From positions 429,226-493,225 of the forward strand of contig CAWJIM010000024.1 of NCBI GenBank assembly GCA_963842945.1: a DNA stretch of 64,000 nt, written 5' to 3'. The translations under genes and the position numbers were made by a program. Position 1 is the first letter of the stretch, and each line of letters begins with the position of its first letter. This stretch comes from an uncultured Gemmatimonadales bacterium (GTDB lineage Bacteria; Gemmatimonadota; Gemmatimonadetes; Gemmatimonadales; GWC2-71-9). The notes beneath the pieces are model-generated. The model did no database searches. It had not been told where the DNA came from and saw only the letters and a program-made list of their open reading frames with translations. Positions 54,181 to 63,645 of this stretch are shown here, one piece after another.

Positions 54181-54576
54181 GTGCCTCTGCTCAGTCGCTG
54201 GTTCATCCGCACCGGCCTGCTCTATTTACTGATTTCCTTCACCGTCAATCTGGCGCAGGCACTCATTCCCTCCGGCATAGGAATAGCCTGGCCGACGTAC
54301 CTCCATCTGCTGGTGGTGGGGTGGCTCACCCAGCTGATTTTCGGCGTGGCCTACTGGATGTTCCCCCGCTACCAATCCGGACCGTCCGTATGGTTCGAGC
54401 GCCTGGGCTGGATCTGTTATGGCTGCCTGAACTTGGGGTTACTCCTGCGGGTCGTGGCCGAGTCGGGGCCGGGAGGCTCCTTGCGGGCGGAGTCGTTCGT
54501 CGGGTCCGCCCTGCTGCAACTGATCGCAGGATGGGCGTTCGTCGTGACCACCTGGCCCCGGGTGAGAGGACGTTAG
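54181..54576 (+). CDS. small 4-TM membrane protein (NnrS / heme-copper oxidase-like repeat)
   Basis: LHLLVVGWLTQLIFGVAYWMFPR..LNLGLLLR. Confidence 0.7.
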   Translation: MPLLSRWFIRTGLLYLLISFTVNLAQALIPSGIGIAWPTYLHLLVVGWLTQLIFGVAYWMFPRYQSGPSVWFERLGWICYGCLNLGLLLRVVAESGPGGSLRAESFVGSALLQLIAGWAFVVTTWPRVRGR

Positions 54577-54580
54577 CAGC

Positions 54581-55000
54581 GTGCCGGCGCTGACGGTCTA
54601 CGCTCTCCGCATCGCACTTTCCTATCTCGGCATAGGCTTCACTATCGGCGCACTCATGCTCGGGGTCCGCGGCGTGAGCGCCTCCTCGGAGGTGCTGCGG
54701 CTTCGGCCGCTGCATCTCGAATTGCTACTGATAGGCTGGACGGTCCAGCTTGCGTTCGGGGTGGCCTTCTGGATTCTCCCCCGCCGGTCCGGTCTGGGCC
54801 GCGGCAACGAGCGGCTTGCCTGGGGCTCGCTGCTGCTGCTGAACCTGGGGGTATTAACCGTCGGGGTGGGCGCCGTTCTCCATGCATCTCCAGGCGTACT
54901 CATCGTTGGCCGCTTGGCCGAGCTGCTGGCGGGACTCGCCTTTGCCGCCCACGTCTGGCCCAGAGCGAGGCGGTATTCTCTCAGAAATCCTTCGTCCTAG
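54581..55000 (+). CDS. paralogous small 4-TM membrane protein
   Basis: LHLELLLIGWTVQLAFGVAFWILPR..LNLGVL. Confidence 0.7.
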   Translation: MPALTVYALRIALSYLGIGFTIGALMLGVRGVSASSEVLRLRPLHLELLLIGWTVQLAFGVAFWILPRRSGLGRGNERLAWGSLLLLNLGVLTVGVGAVLHASPGVLIVGRLAELLAGLAFAAHVWPRARRYSLRNPSS

Positions 55001-55021
55001 CTCTCCGGTTCCACCGAGCAG

Positions 55022-56119
55022 TTAATGCCCTGCCGCGGGTGGCCCACCGGCCTTCTGGCCCGGAGCCAGCGCTCGCAGGACGCCTACCGCACCCTTGGTG
55101 GCATCGGCGAAGGCGTGGGTCACGAACGGGTAGTCGCCTGGTTCGCGCAGCCGCAGCTCGAAGATGCTGCCGCCCCCGACCGGGACGTTCACGGTCTGCA
55201 CTCCCGCCAATGGGCTCGTTTGTGATCCGTCCTGGAATACCCGGTCGAAGATGCCGCCGACCACGTGGAAGGAGCTGATCCGGTTCGGTCCCGCGTTCAC
55301 CAGGTAGAACCGCAGGAGCTCCCCAGGGCGAACGTCGATCGGGTGGGCGGCATACTGACTGGCGCGCCCGTTGAACACCACATGATCCGGCGCCAGTGAG
55401 AGAAGACGTTGCCAATCCAGACTGTGGGTGCCATCGGCCCCCGCTTTGGGCGTCAGGTAGAACTCACTCTGGACGAGCACGAACTCCCGGGCTCTGGGAC
55501 GGGGTCTCGCTGGGTCGACCACGATGGCGCCATACATTCCGTTGGCGATGTGCATCGCGGCCGGGGCCGTGCCGCAGTGATACATGAAGGCGCCGGGAAC
55601 CCGGGCAACGAAGCGGTAATGCAGGGAGTCGTTGGGCAGCACGTTGACGTAGTACTTGCTGGGAGCGATCTCCGCCGCATGAAAGTCCATGCTGTGCGGA
55701 ATGTTCGCCCGATTGATCAGGGTAAAATCCACCGTGTCGCCCTGATGAATGTGGATGGGTGGCCCGGGAACCCGGCCGCCGAAGGTCCACGCCGCGTAAC
55801 GGACGCCGGGCGCAATGACGACTGGCGCGTGGCTCATCTCCAGACGGATTCGATGCAGTCTGCCGGGCTCGGTCGGCGCCAGTGCAGCGGCCACCGTTGC
55901 CGGCTCGGCCTCGGGACCACCGATCTTCGCCTCACCGTGCGACACGTCGGCCGGAGGCACCGTATCGGGCTGTTCCGACGGGCTCGTGGTCGCTTGTTCC
56001 TGCTGCGTGGAATCCCCTCCGCCAGGGGTACTCGCAGCCGGCGGGACGGGAGTCGAGTCGCGGCATCCGCTCAGAGCCAGACTGAGGCTGCTCGCGATTA
56101 ACCAGAAACTCCGAGACAT
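55022..56119 (-). CDS. nirK: copper-containing nitrite reductase (clade II / AniA-like) lipoprotein
   Basis: lipobox LSGC; HSMDFH, YHCGTAPAAMHIANGM, SSFHVVG, FVTH: T1 and T2 Cu ligands plus catalytic Asp and His. Confidence 0.8.
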   Translation of the reverse strand: MSRSFWLIASSLSLALSGCRDSTPVPPAASTPGGGDSTQQEQATTSPSEQPDTVPPADVSHGEAKIGGPEAEPATVAAALAPTEPGRLHRIRLEMSHAPVVIAPGVRYAAWTFGGRVPGPPIHIHQGDTVDFTLINRANIPHSMDFHAAEIAPSKYYVNVLPNDSLHYRFVARVPGAFMYHCGTAPAAMHIANGMYGAIVVDPARPRPRAREFVLVQSEFYLTPKAGADGTHSLDWQRLLSLAPDHVVFNGRASQYAAHPIDVRPGELLRFYLVNAGPNRISSFHVVGGIFDRVFQDGSQTSPLAGVQTVNVPVGGGSIFELRLREPGDYPFVTHAFADATKGAVGVLRALAPGQKAGGPPAAGH

Positions 56120-56155
56120 AAAGACTCCCCAGTGATAAAAGAGGACCGCCAGCGC

Positions 56156-57010
56156 TCACAGCGGTATTGTGAGCACCGCGCAGGGTGCAGCGTGCCCCAG
56201 GTGCTGCGCCGTGCTGCTGCTCTGGACCAGCCAGGACGGGCCGCCCCGATGCTGGCCGATGACCAGCACATCGTAACTCCCGGATTCGATCTCCTCCAGG
56301 ATCTCGGCGGAAACGGCACCCCGGCGAATCCTCACTTCGACCTCGCCACACCCGGCGGCGGCCACCGTGCTCCTGACCCGGGACTCCAGTGCGACACTGC
56401 GAGTGAGCGGAAGCGGGCTCGAGCTCGCATCATCCGGCATCCGCGGTTCCACGCTCACCACGACGAGGGATGCGCCGAGCACCCTGGCAAAGGAGCAGGC
56501 CGGACCGAGGACCTGCATGCCCCGATCCGACCCGTCCAGCGCCACGAGCGCCCTGCTGAGCCCAGTCCCCCGGATGGGAACCAGCAGCGTCGGCACCCTG
56601 CTCCTCCGGGTCACCGCGTCTCCGGTATCGCCCAGCAACAGCCTGGCCCGTTCAGAATGCTCTTTGCGGCCCACCACGATCAGATCGGCCGCCCATTCTT
56701 CGGCAAATCGGCAGATCTCGATACCGGGAACACCGTAGGCCAAGCTCAGCTCGATCGGAGCATCGATCAGCGCCGGAGAATCATCGCCCAGGAGCCAGCG
56801 GCGCACTCGGAGCTCCGACGACTCCTGCTCAGCCGGAACGCCACCGCTCTCGCTGAGGTAGCCTCCTGCGATGGTTCGCAGCGGAGCGGCGACCACGTGG
56901 AGCAGCGAGAGGGTGGCGGAGGAGCGGGCCGCGAGGCTGAAAGCGGCCCTGACTGCTTCTCGTCCCGCGGCCGAGTCATCGGCCGCCGCGAGGATGCGGT
57001 TAAGCTTCAC
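56156..57010 (-). CDS. tandem-domain universal stress protein
   Basis: RILAAADDS..LIVVG..LLLGDT..PTLLV; ALVALDGS..VLVIG..CAVLTI; GTG at 57010 with GGAG RBS. Confidence 0.88.
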   Translation of the reverse strand: MKLNRILAAADDSAAGREAVRAAFSLAARSSATLSLLHVVAAPLRTIAGGYLSESGGVPAEQESSELRVRRWLLGDDSPALIDAPIELSLAYGVPGIEICRFAEEWAADLIVVGRKEHSERARLLLGDTGDAVTRRSRVPTLLVPIRGTGLSRALVALDGSDRGMQVLGPACSFARVLGASLVVVSVEPRMPDDASSSPLPLTRSVALESRVRSTVAAAGCGEVEVRIRRGAVSAEILEEIESGSYDVLVIGQHRGGPSWLVQSSSTAQHLGHAAPCAVLTIPL

Positions 57011-57079
57011 GATCTCTCCATTCAGCGTGCTCGTCGGACACAACGATCATCGAAGGACTCAACGCTACCCATCGCCCGA

Positions 57080-57095
57080 TGAAGAAATCGTGAAG
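57080..57095. promoter_or_regulatory. candidate OmpR-family direct-repeat box
   Basis: TGAAG-aaatcg-TGAAG (11-bp period); related copies at 57005-57020 and 59181-59196. Confidence 0.4.
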
Positions 57096-57151
57096 GAGCC
57101 AGGAACCTTTTCAGGGTCTCCCGGAGAAGAACTCCGACTAGTATTGGAGTC

Positions 57152-58468
57152 ATGACCAGCAGCCAATCCGGAGCAGTACCACCATCATCTGGATCCAGTG
57201 CCGGCCAGGCCGCCATGGGAGCCCGGCTCGAGCAACTGGTGCTCGCGACCTCGGCGCTGACCACGGAGGTGTCGCTGGAGCGGGTGCTGGAGCGGGTGGT
57301 CGAGGTGGCCGCACAGGTGATCGGGGCGCACTACGCCGCAATAGGGGTCCTGGCACCAGACGGGCGGCTGCTCGAGAGCTTCACCACCTATGGCGTAAGC
57401 GATGAGCAGCGGGCGCTCATCGGACCGCCGCCGCGGGGGCACGGCATCCTGGGACTGGTGATCCGTGAAGCCCGGCCCATCCGGCTGCCTGATCTTACCC
57501 GACATCCCGACTCCTACGGATTTCCGCCCCACCACCCGCCCATGCACTCGTTCCTCGGCGTTCCCATCGTCGGGAAGCGAGGGGTTTTCGGGAATCTCTA
57601 CCTGACGGAGAAGTTCGGCGGCGAGCTCTTCAGCAGCGACGACGAGCACATCGCCGTGCTGCTGGCCGCCAACACGGCGGCCGCGGTGGAGAACGCCCGG
57701 CTGCACGAGGAGAGCGCTCGACTGCTCGAGGAAGTCCAGCAGTTGCATCGGGCGCGGGAGCGCTTCTTCGCCATGGTGAACCACGAGCTGAGGAATGCGC
57801 TAGCCGCGGTGCAGGGCTGGGCGGAGATGATGGTTCGGAAGAAGGATCCCGCCACCGTGCCCCGGGCGGCGTTCGAGGTTCTCGACTCGGCCCAGCAGGC
57901 GGTCGGCTTGATCAACGACCTGCTCGACTTGAGCCGGCTGGACGAGGATCGTCTCAAGCCGGTCATCCGCGCCACCGAGCCCAGCTCGATGGCCCGGCGG
58001 GCGATGGCGCGGGTGACGCCGGCAGCCGAAGCAAAGCGAGTCTTGCTCCAGATAGACGTGGAGTCCAGCCTGCCCAGCTGCGAGACCGACGGGAGCAGAG
58101 TGGAGCAGATCCTGATCAATCTGCTGGGCAACGCCATACAGCACAGTCCGGAGGGGAGCACGGTCCGGCTGTATGTCTCCGTCCGGGAGTCGCGGGTGGT
58201 CTACACGGTCGAGGACGCCGGCGGCGGAATACCGGAAAGTGAGCTGGAGCGGATCTTCGATATCTATTTCACCAAGGCCGCGGGCGAGAGCCGCGGGACC
58301 GGCCTGGGGCTGCCGCTATCTCGCCGGCTCGCCCGACTCCTGGGTGGCGAGCTTCGAGCGTTCGCCCGGCCCGGCCAGGGTGGCTACTTCGTGCTGGAGC
58401 TGCCGGCCTCCCCGGAGATGAAGGAATCTTCAGAGATCCTTTCTCCTACGTTCAGCCGTCATCCATAG
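57152..58468 (+). CDS. sensor histidine kinase with DosS/DosT-like GAF domain
   Basis: GHGILG..HPDSYGFPPHHPPMHSFLGVPI..GNLYLTEK; VNHELRN H-box; NLLGNA; GTGLGL. Confidence 0.9.
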   Translation: MTSSQSGAVPPSSGSSAGQAAMGARLEQLVLATSALTTEVSLERVLERVVEVAAQVIGAHYAAIGVLAPDGRLLESFTTYGVSDEQRALIGPPPRGHGILGLVIREARPIRLPDLTRHPDSYGFPPHHPPMHSFLGVPIVGKRGVFGNLYLTEKFGGELFSSDDEHIAVLLAANTAAAVENARLHEESARLLEEVQQLHRARERFFAMVNHELRNALAAVQGWAEMMVRKKDPATVPRAAFEVLDSAQQAVGLINDLLDLSRLDEDRLKPVIRATEPSSMARRAMARVTPAAEAKRVLLQIDVESSLPSCETDGSRVEQILINLLGNAIQHSPEGSTVRLYVSVRESRVVYTVEDAGGGIPESELERIFDIYFTKAAGESRGTGLGLPLSRRLARLLGGELRAFARPGQGGYFVLELPASPEMKESSEILSPTFSRHP

Positions 58469-58478
58469 ATTTCCAATC

Positions 58479-59174
58479 ATGAAAATTCTGGTGGTGGAAG
58501 ACGACCGGAAGGTCGCGGGCTTCATCGAGCAGGGATTGAAGGAAGAGGGTCACGTGGTCGACGTCGCGCCCGACGGCGAGGAGGCGACCATGCTGGCGCA
58601 CGTGTATGACTACGACATCATTCTCCTCGACGTGGTCCTGCCCAAGAAGAACGGCTTCCAGGTGGCAACGGAGCTCCGGCGCGAGGGCCGGACCACCCCG
58701 ATCCTCATGCTTACGTCGAGGGATGCCACGGAAGATGTGGTGCGGGGCCTGGACGCCGGGGCCGACGACTATCTGTCGAAACCGTTTCCCTTCGACGAGC
58801 TGCTCGCCCGGATTCGCGCCCTGCACCGCCGGGGCGGGGCCGAGCGGCTGGACGTGCTGCGATATCCCCCGGTCGCACTCGACCGTCTGCGGCACATCGC
58901 CACCGTGAACGACAGGCGCCTGGATCTGACTCCCAAGGAGTTCCAGCTGCTGGAGTACTTCATGCTCCATCCGGAGGAGGTCGTCAGGCGGACTACGCTC
59001 CTGGAGAAGGTCTGGGACATGCACTTCGACCCGGAGAGCAACGTGGTGGACGTGCACGTCGGCAATCTGCGCCGGAAGTTGAGTGAGGCAGCCGGCGAGC
59101 AACTCCTGGCCACCATCCGCGGGGTAGGCTTCAGCCTCCGTCGTAACGGCGAGGTCGCAGAAATTCGCTCCTGA
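58479..59174 (+). CDS. OmpR-family response regulator (CusR/CzcR-like)
   Basis: KILVVEDD, LDVVLP, GADDYLSKPF, LTPKEF, NVVDVHVGNLRRKL, TIRGVGF. Confidence 0.95.
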   Translation: MKILVVEDDRKVAGFIEQGLKEEGHVVDVAPDGEEATMLAHVYDYDIILLDVVLPKKNGFQVATELRREGRTTPILMLTSRDATEDVVRGLDAGADDYLSKPFPFDELLARIRALHRRGGAERLDVLRYPPVALDRLRHIATVNDRRLDLTPKEFQLLEYFMLHPEEVVRRTTLLEKVWDMHFDPESNVVDVHVGNLRRKLSEAAGEQLLATIRGVGFSLRRNGEVAEIRS

Positions 59175-59263
59175 AGAAAGCTTCACACTTTCTCCACCTC
59201 CGGTTTACCCCCCGCTTCCTAGGTTCCTCCCGTGATGAATAGCTCCCTTCTCCAGGAGGTTTC

Positions 59264-60322
59264 GTGGGTTCAGATCTGATCGCGACTCCAGCGGGCTCAC
59301 GCCGGGAGTTCATAAAGCGCGGGACAACCGTCGCAATCGGCCTGCCCGCAGTGCTCTCGACCCTGGGCGCGTGCAGCGACAAGGCGCCCGAAGCCGCGCA
59401 GGCGACGACGCCTGCGGCGCCGGCCGCTCCACCGTCCCCGCGGCAGCGGGCCGACGAGATGGACGCGATGCACGAGAAAGGCGTGAAGGCGTTCCCGGCC
59501 AAGACGGAGGGCAAGGGGAACCAGCTGCTGAAGCCGCGGATCGAGAAGGGCGTCAAGGTATTCGATCTCACCGCCGAAGAGGTTCAATGGGAGGTCGAGC
59601 CGGGGCGGAAGGTGAAGGCCTGGGCCTACAACGGGCAGGTTCCCGGTCCCCAGATCCGGGTGCGGCAGGGCGACCGGGTGCGGGTGAATCTGCTCAACCA
59701 GCTCCCCGAATCCACCGTGATCCATTTTCACGGACTCGAGGTGCCCAATGACCAGGACGGCGTGCCATTCATCACCCAGCCGCCGGTCAAGCCGGGCGAC
59801 CGCTACACCTACGAGTTCACCGTCCCCAATGCCGGTTCCCATATGTACCACTCGCATCACAATGCCGCTCTGCAAGTGGGCCAGGGTCTCCTGGGAGCCT
59901 TCATCGTCGAGCCTCGGAGGCCGGTCGCTTCGCACCGGGCCGACGTGGACTACGTCATGGTGCTGAACGACGGGTCTCACGGATTCACGCTCAATGGCAA
60001 GAGTTTCCCGGCCACCGAGCCGATCGTCTGCCAGCAAGGCCAGACGGTCAGGATCCGGTACATGAATGAAGGGATGATGATCCATCCGATGCACCTGCAT
60101 GGCATGCACATGACGGTGATCGCGAAGGACGGCTGGGACCAGCCGGCGCCGTGGAAGTGCGACACGCTCAACATCGCGCCGGGGGAGCGCTGGGACGTGC
60201 TGGTCAAAGCGAACAATCCCGGCACCTGGGCGTTCCACTGCCACATCCTGCCCCACGCCGAATCGGAGCACGGAATGATTGGCATGGTCACGGCCCTCAT
60301 CGTGAAGCCGGCGACGGTCTAG
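59264..60322 (+). CDS. two-domain multicopper oxidase (type B, small-laccase-like), Tat lipoprotein
   Basis: SRREFIK Tat motif, LGAC; HFH, HSH, HPMHLH, HCHILPHAESEHGM. Confidence 0.88.
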   Translation: MGSDLIATPAGSRREFIKRGTTVAIGLPAVLSTLGACSDKAPEAAQATTPAAPAAPPSPRQRADEMDAMHEKGVKAFPAKTEGKGNQLLKPRIEKGVKVFDLTAEEVQWEVEPGRKVKAWAYNGQVPGPQIRVRQGDRVRVNLLNQLPESTVIHFHGLEVPNDQDGVPFITQPPVKPGDRYTYEFTVPNAGSHMYHSHHNAALQVGQGLLGAFIVEPRRPVASHRADVDYVMVLNDGSHGFTLNGKSFPATEPIVCQQGQTVRIRYMNEGMMIHPMHLHGMHMTVIAKDGWDQPAPWKCDTLNIAPGERWDVLVKANNPGTWAFHCHILPHAESEHGMIGMVTALIVKPATV

Positions 60323-60421
60323 TCGCTTCCCGATTCGGCACCGAGCCCTTGACTCGCCAGCGCTGCCTCCCAGGCTTACTGTTATTAAGCGGTGGTTTCA
60401 ATTTTGACTTGAGGTCGCCCG

Positions 60422-61306
60422 ATGCCGTCCGGGCAAGGTGTCTCCCGTCTGTTCCTGGTGGTCCTTACCACAGTGGCAGTCGCCGCCTGTGATGGTGATG
60501 CTGTAGCCGGATTCGCTGGACCGAGCCTCGAAATCATCGTGTCCATTACCGGCGCCGAGCCGGATCTGGATGGTTATACCATTCAGGTCGATGCCGAGCG
60601 GGCCCGAGCCGTTCGGACTCCCACCCCCCTACAAGTCCACAACCTCCAGCCGGGTGATCACACCGTCTTTGTCGCCGGAATTGCCGACAACTGCATGGTG
60701 GACGGCGCCAATCCCCGAAGCGTCATGGTCGAAACCGAGGGGACGACGACTGTCACGATTCCAGTGGTCTGCGCCGCCCGGACCGGGCAGGTCCTAGTTA
60801 CCACGTCGACCCGAGGACGGCTGCCATACGCTACTCCACCCACTGTCCTGATCGATGGAGCTGAGCGAGCAAACATCGATACCGGGATAGTCTTGATTCG
60901 CGATGTGGCTCCGGGTCAACACGTGATCGCGCTCCGGGGGATGGCCCCGCATTGCATGGCGCAGGGCAACCCTCGCACAGTGAGCATCGAGGCCGTCGAG
61001 ATCACCGCGGTGGATTTTGTCGTCACCTGTGTGGGGCTTCGCGGGATCCTCGAGATTGAAATCGTAACGTTTGGTACCCAGAGGGTACCGAATTACCTCT
61101 TTTCCATAGACGGTGGCCGGGTCCTCCGTATGAGCGGCTTCAGCTTCCTCGCCATCTCCAACATTGCCGCCGGCCCACACATGGTGCTGCTCTTGGACAT
61201 CCCCCAGTGCACCGTGCGGGGACGGAACCCTCATAGGGTTTTAGTGCCGCCCGAGGGTAGCGGTCGAGCTCGCTTCGAGATTTTTTGCGGGCCTTCCGCC
61301 CCATAG
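60422..61306 (+). CDS. hypothetical lipoprotein with three beta-sandwich repeats
   Basis: lipobox VAAC; three units of xDG..PGxHxV..C..NP..V..C. Confidence 0.7.
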   Translation: MPSGQGVSRLFLVVLTTVAVAACDGDAVAGFAGPSLEIIVSITGAEPDLDGYTIQVDAERARAVRTPTPLQVHNLQPGDHTVFVAGIADNCMVDGANPRSVMVETEGTTTVTIPVVCAARTGQVLVTTSTRGRLPYATPPTVLIDGAERANIDTGIVLIRDVAPGQHVIALRGMAPHCMAQGNPRTVSIEAVEITAVDFVVTCVGLRGILEIEIVTFGTQRVPNYLFSIDGGRVLRMSGFSFLAISNIAAGPHMVLLLDIPQCTVRGRNPHRVLVPPEGSGRARFEIFCGPSAP

Positions 61307-61442
61307 CGACCGACCTCACGCTCTTGAACTTTTTGGTACGTGAGGTCAGCTTCCGGCCCCCCCATCCACGATGGTAGGCGATGAACCGGGTCGGGAGTAA
61401 CATCGGCCCTGTGGTTCACGACTACGCTTCCCACTTCACTAC

Positions 61443-61721
61443 ATGCCCACTCCTGGCCATCCATGCACCCTGGTCTACACCTTTGTCCGTCTTCGGCCCA
61501 AGCTGGCGGCACAGCACCCCAGCATTCCTTCTGACACCTGGCACCCAGTTCGAACCTGGAATCCCGGGGCCCTTTGCCCTCAGGCGGAGCCCGGTCTCGT
61601 CTGGGTCGATGTCGAGGGACGGCTCCGGAAACTCCCGACCCACTACTTTGAGTTCACAACGTCGAATACGTGGGAGCGGCGGCGCGGGTACGCCCGCCGA
61701 GATCCGCAGAGCGGCGGCTAG
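61443..61721 (+). CDS. hypothetical protein
   Basis: 92-aa ORF with protein-like composition; no recognised family. Confidence 0.35.
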   Translation: MPTPGHPCTLVYTFVRLRPKLAAQHPSIPSDTWHPVRTWNPGALCPQAEPGLVWVDVEGRLRKLPTHYFEFTTSNTWERRRGYARRDPQSGG

Positions 61722-61805
61722 CTCCCCCTCATTGACCATCGCGCTTTCGCGTAGTTTTCGCCCCTAGCACCCATGCGTCTGCCCAACGGCAGGGAAGGCA
61801 CATCT

Positions 61806-62156
61806 ATGTCGCCAATCCGGTCCAGGATGGAAGCCGAGGACTGGCTCGTGAGACGACTGGCATTGGAAGGACCCGGCTTGTGGACCGTGCAGCAGTACAA
61901 GGAGCTGGGGAAGAAACTGGCGCAGGAGTACCGGCCCAAGGGGTCGAAATGGCGGGTGAAGGAATGGACCCAGCAGCCGGAAGGAATTCCGGTCTATGTC
62001 GTCACCCGCGGAGATGGTGTAGGGATTCACCGGGTGGATGACTCCGAGAGAGCGCACGAAAAAGCCGATGCCGTGATGCAAGCGCTGAACGCACTAGATG
62101 CCGAGATGAGCATCCTGACGCGCGGAACCCGGGAGGCCCAGAGAGCGCCGGCGTGA
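61806..62156 (+). CDS. hypothetical protein
   Basis: ORF with typical codon use and purine-rich upstream RBS; no recognised family. Confidence 0.5.
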   Translation: MSPIRSRMEAEDWLVRRLALEGPGLWTVQQYKELGKKLAQEYRPKGSKWRVKEWTQQPEGIPVYVVTRGDGVGIHRVDDSERAHEKADAVMQALNALDAEMSILTRGTREAQRAPA

Positions 62157-62160
62157 TGCT

Positions 62161-62784
62161 CTAGGCGGTGCGGGGTCGCCACGGCTCTTGCTCGTGCGCG
62201 AGCCAGACCAGCTCGGGGTCGAGCGCGCGCACCAGCAGCTGGCCTTCGGTGTGCGGCTCGTCGAGCTCGCCGAACCAAACCGCCACGTCGCCGCCAACGA
62301 CGACCGGGCGCCCGCCAGTCTCGACGACGACGACCTGCATGCCGGGTGTGTGGCCCGGCGCCGGGACGAGCCGGAGCCCGGGAAGCAGCTCGAGTTCGCC
62401 GTCGACCGGCACGTACCGCACGCCGGGCGCATCGACCCACTCGCGAATGGTGTAGTCGTCCTCGTTGCGCGCGTCGTCGAGCTCCCGACGCTGGACGTAG
62501 ATCGGCTTGCCGGCGAAGAGGTGGTTGCCGCCGCAGTGATCGAAGTGCAGGTGTGTGTTGACGACGATGTCGATGCCGGCGAGGTCGAAGTCCTGCTGGC
62601 TCAGCGGAAGTAGGCGGGGATCGAGGTCGGCCACCGCCGGGTGCAGCTCCGTCATGCCGGTGTCGACCAGCACGCGCGCATCGGGATGGTCGATGACGTG
62701 CACGTAGACCGGCATCCGCTCGCCCTCGGCGAGCAGGTCGGCAACGCGGACTGGCGTGATGGTGATCGAGGTAGGGGCGTTCAT
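62161..62784 (-). CDS. MBL-fold metallohydrolase (AHL-lactonase-like)
   Basis: LVDTG, THLHFDHCGG, PGHTPG, GGD, AH. Confidence 0.9.
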   Translation of the reverse strand: MNAPTSITITPVRVADLLAEGERMPVYVHVIDHPDARVLVDTGMTELHPAVADLDPRLLPLSQQDFDLAGIDIVVNTHLHFDHCGGNHLFAGKPIYVQRRELDDARNEDDYTIREWVDAPGVRYVPVDGELELLPGLRLVPAPGHTPGMQVVVVETGGRPVVVGGDVAVWFGELDEPHTEGQLLVRALDPELVWLAHEQEPWRPRTA

Positions 62785-63302
62785 TTCTCCCTCCGTCCCA
62801 CGCTCGCGCCCAGGGTGACGAGAAGCTCGTCCAGTTGCTCGAACGTCTCTCCCATCGCATCCGCCGCCCCGGTGCCGGCGGCGTCGAGAGCTTCCTTCGA
62901 GGGATAAAGCTCGTGCATGACCAGCAACGTCTTGCCGCCTTTTTCCGCGAAGGTCACCGTCGTGACGGAACCCTCGTCACTTTCCTCATTGGTCCAGACG
63001 AGGCGCGAGTGCGGTGTTACTTCCTTGTACGTGCCGAAGAACGCCGACTGTGAGTCCCCGTGTGCGAACTCCAAACGGTACCTGCCCCCGACACGAACAT
63101 CCATTTCGCAGGAAAGCAGGGACATTCCCATCGACTTCGGCACCCACCACTGCCTGAACAGCTCGGGCTTGGTCCACGCCTCGAACACGAGGCGCGCCGG
63201 GCCGTTGATGGTTCGCGTGACGACGAGCTCACGCTCGGACTTCCGTTCCACCGTCGTGCGGTTCTTCATGAGGGTAGGCTCACTCTCTCTCGGTGCGTCC
63301 AT
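62781..63302 (-). CDS. SRPBCC (AHSA1-like) protein
   Basis: ELVVTRTINGPARLVFEAWT, MDVRVGGRYR. Confidence 0.9.
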   Translation of the reverse strand: MDAPRESEPTLMKNRTTVERKSERELVVTRTINGPARLVFEAWTKPELFRQWWVPKSMGMSLLSCEMDVRVGGRYRLEFAHGDSQSAFFGTYKEVTPHSRLVWTNEESDEGSVTTVTFAEKGGKTLLVMHELYPSKEALDAAGTGAADAMGETFEQLDELLVTLGASVGRREK

Positions 63303-63645
63303 CGGTTTTCTCCTTCCGTTTCAGTTCGTCGACAACCTTGTCCAACTCGTCGAAGCGTGCGTCCCAGAGCTGGCGGTACCTCTCGAGCCACGCCGTCTCT
63401 TCCTCCAATCGGCGCGGGCCGAGCTTGCAGGTCCGCACCCGCCCGACCTTCTCGGTGGTGACGAGCCCGGCCTCCTCCAAGACGCCGACGTGCTTCTTCA
63501 TGCCCGTGAGGGTCATGTGGAACTTCTCGGCAAGGTCCGTGATCGAAGCGTCGGAACGTCCGAGCTGCTCCAGAACGCCGCGTCGGGTGGCATCCGAGAG
63601 CGCGGCGAACGAGTCATCGAGGCGGGCTTGCGTATACTGAACCAT
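63280..63645 (-). CDS. ArsR/SmtB family transcriptional regulator
   Basis: MVQY..FAALSDATRR..KHVGVLEEAGLV..GRVRTC. Confidence 0.92.
   Translation of the reverse strand: MVQYTQARLDDSFAALSDATRRGVLEQLGRSDASITDLAEKFHMTLTGMKKHVGVLEEAGLVTTEKVGRVRTCKLGPRRLEEETAWLERYRQLWDARFDELDKVVDELKRKEKTDGRTERE

Noticed and set aside
61312..61350. GACCTCACGCT / CGTGAGGTCAG matching the tRNA-Ile fragment, as a possible second att site
   Set aside because: Only about 11 bp match, and the two pieces form a hairpin right after a stop codon, so more likely a terminator-like stem
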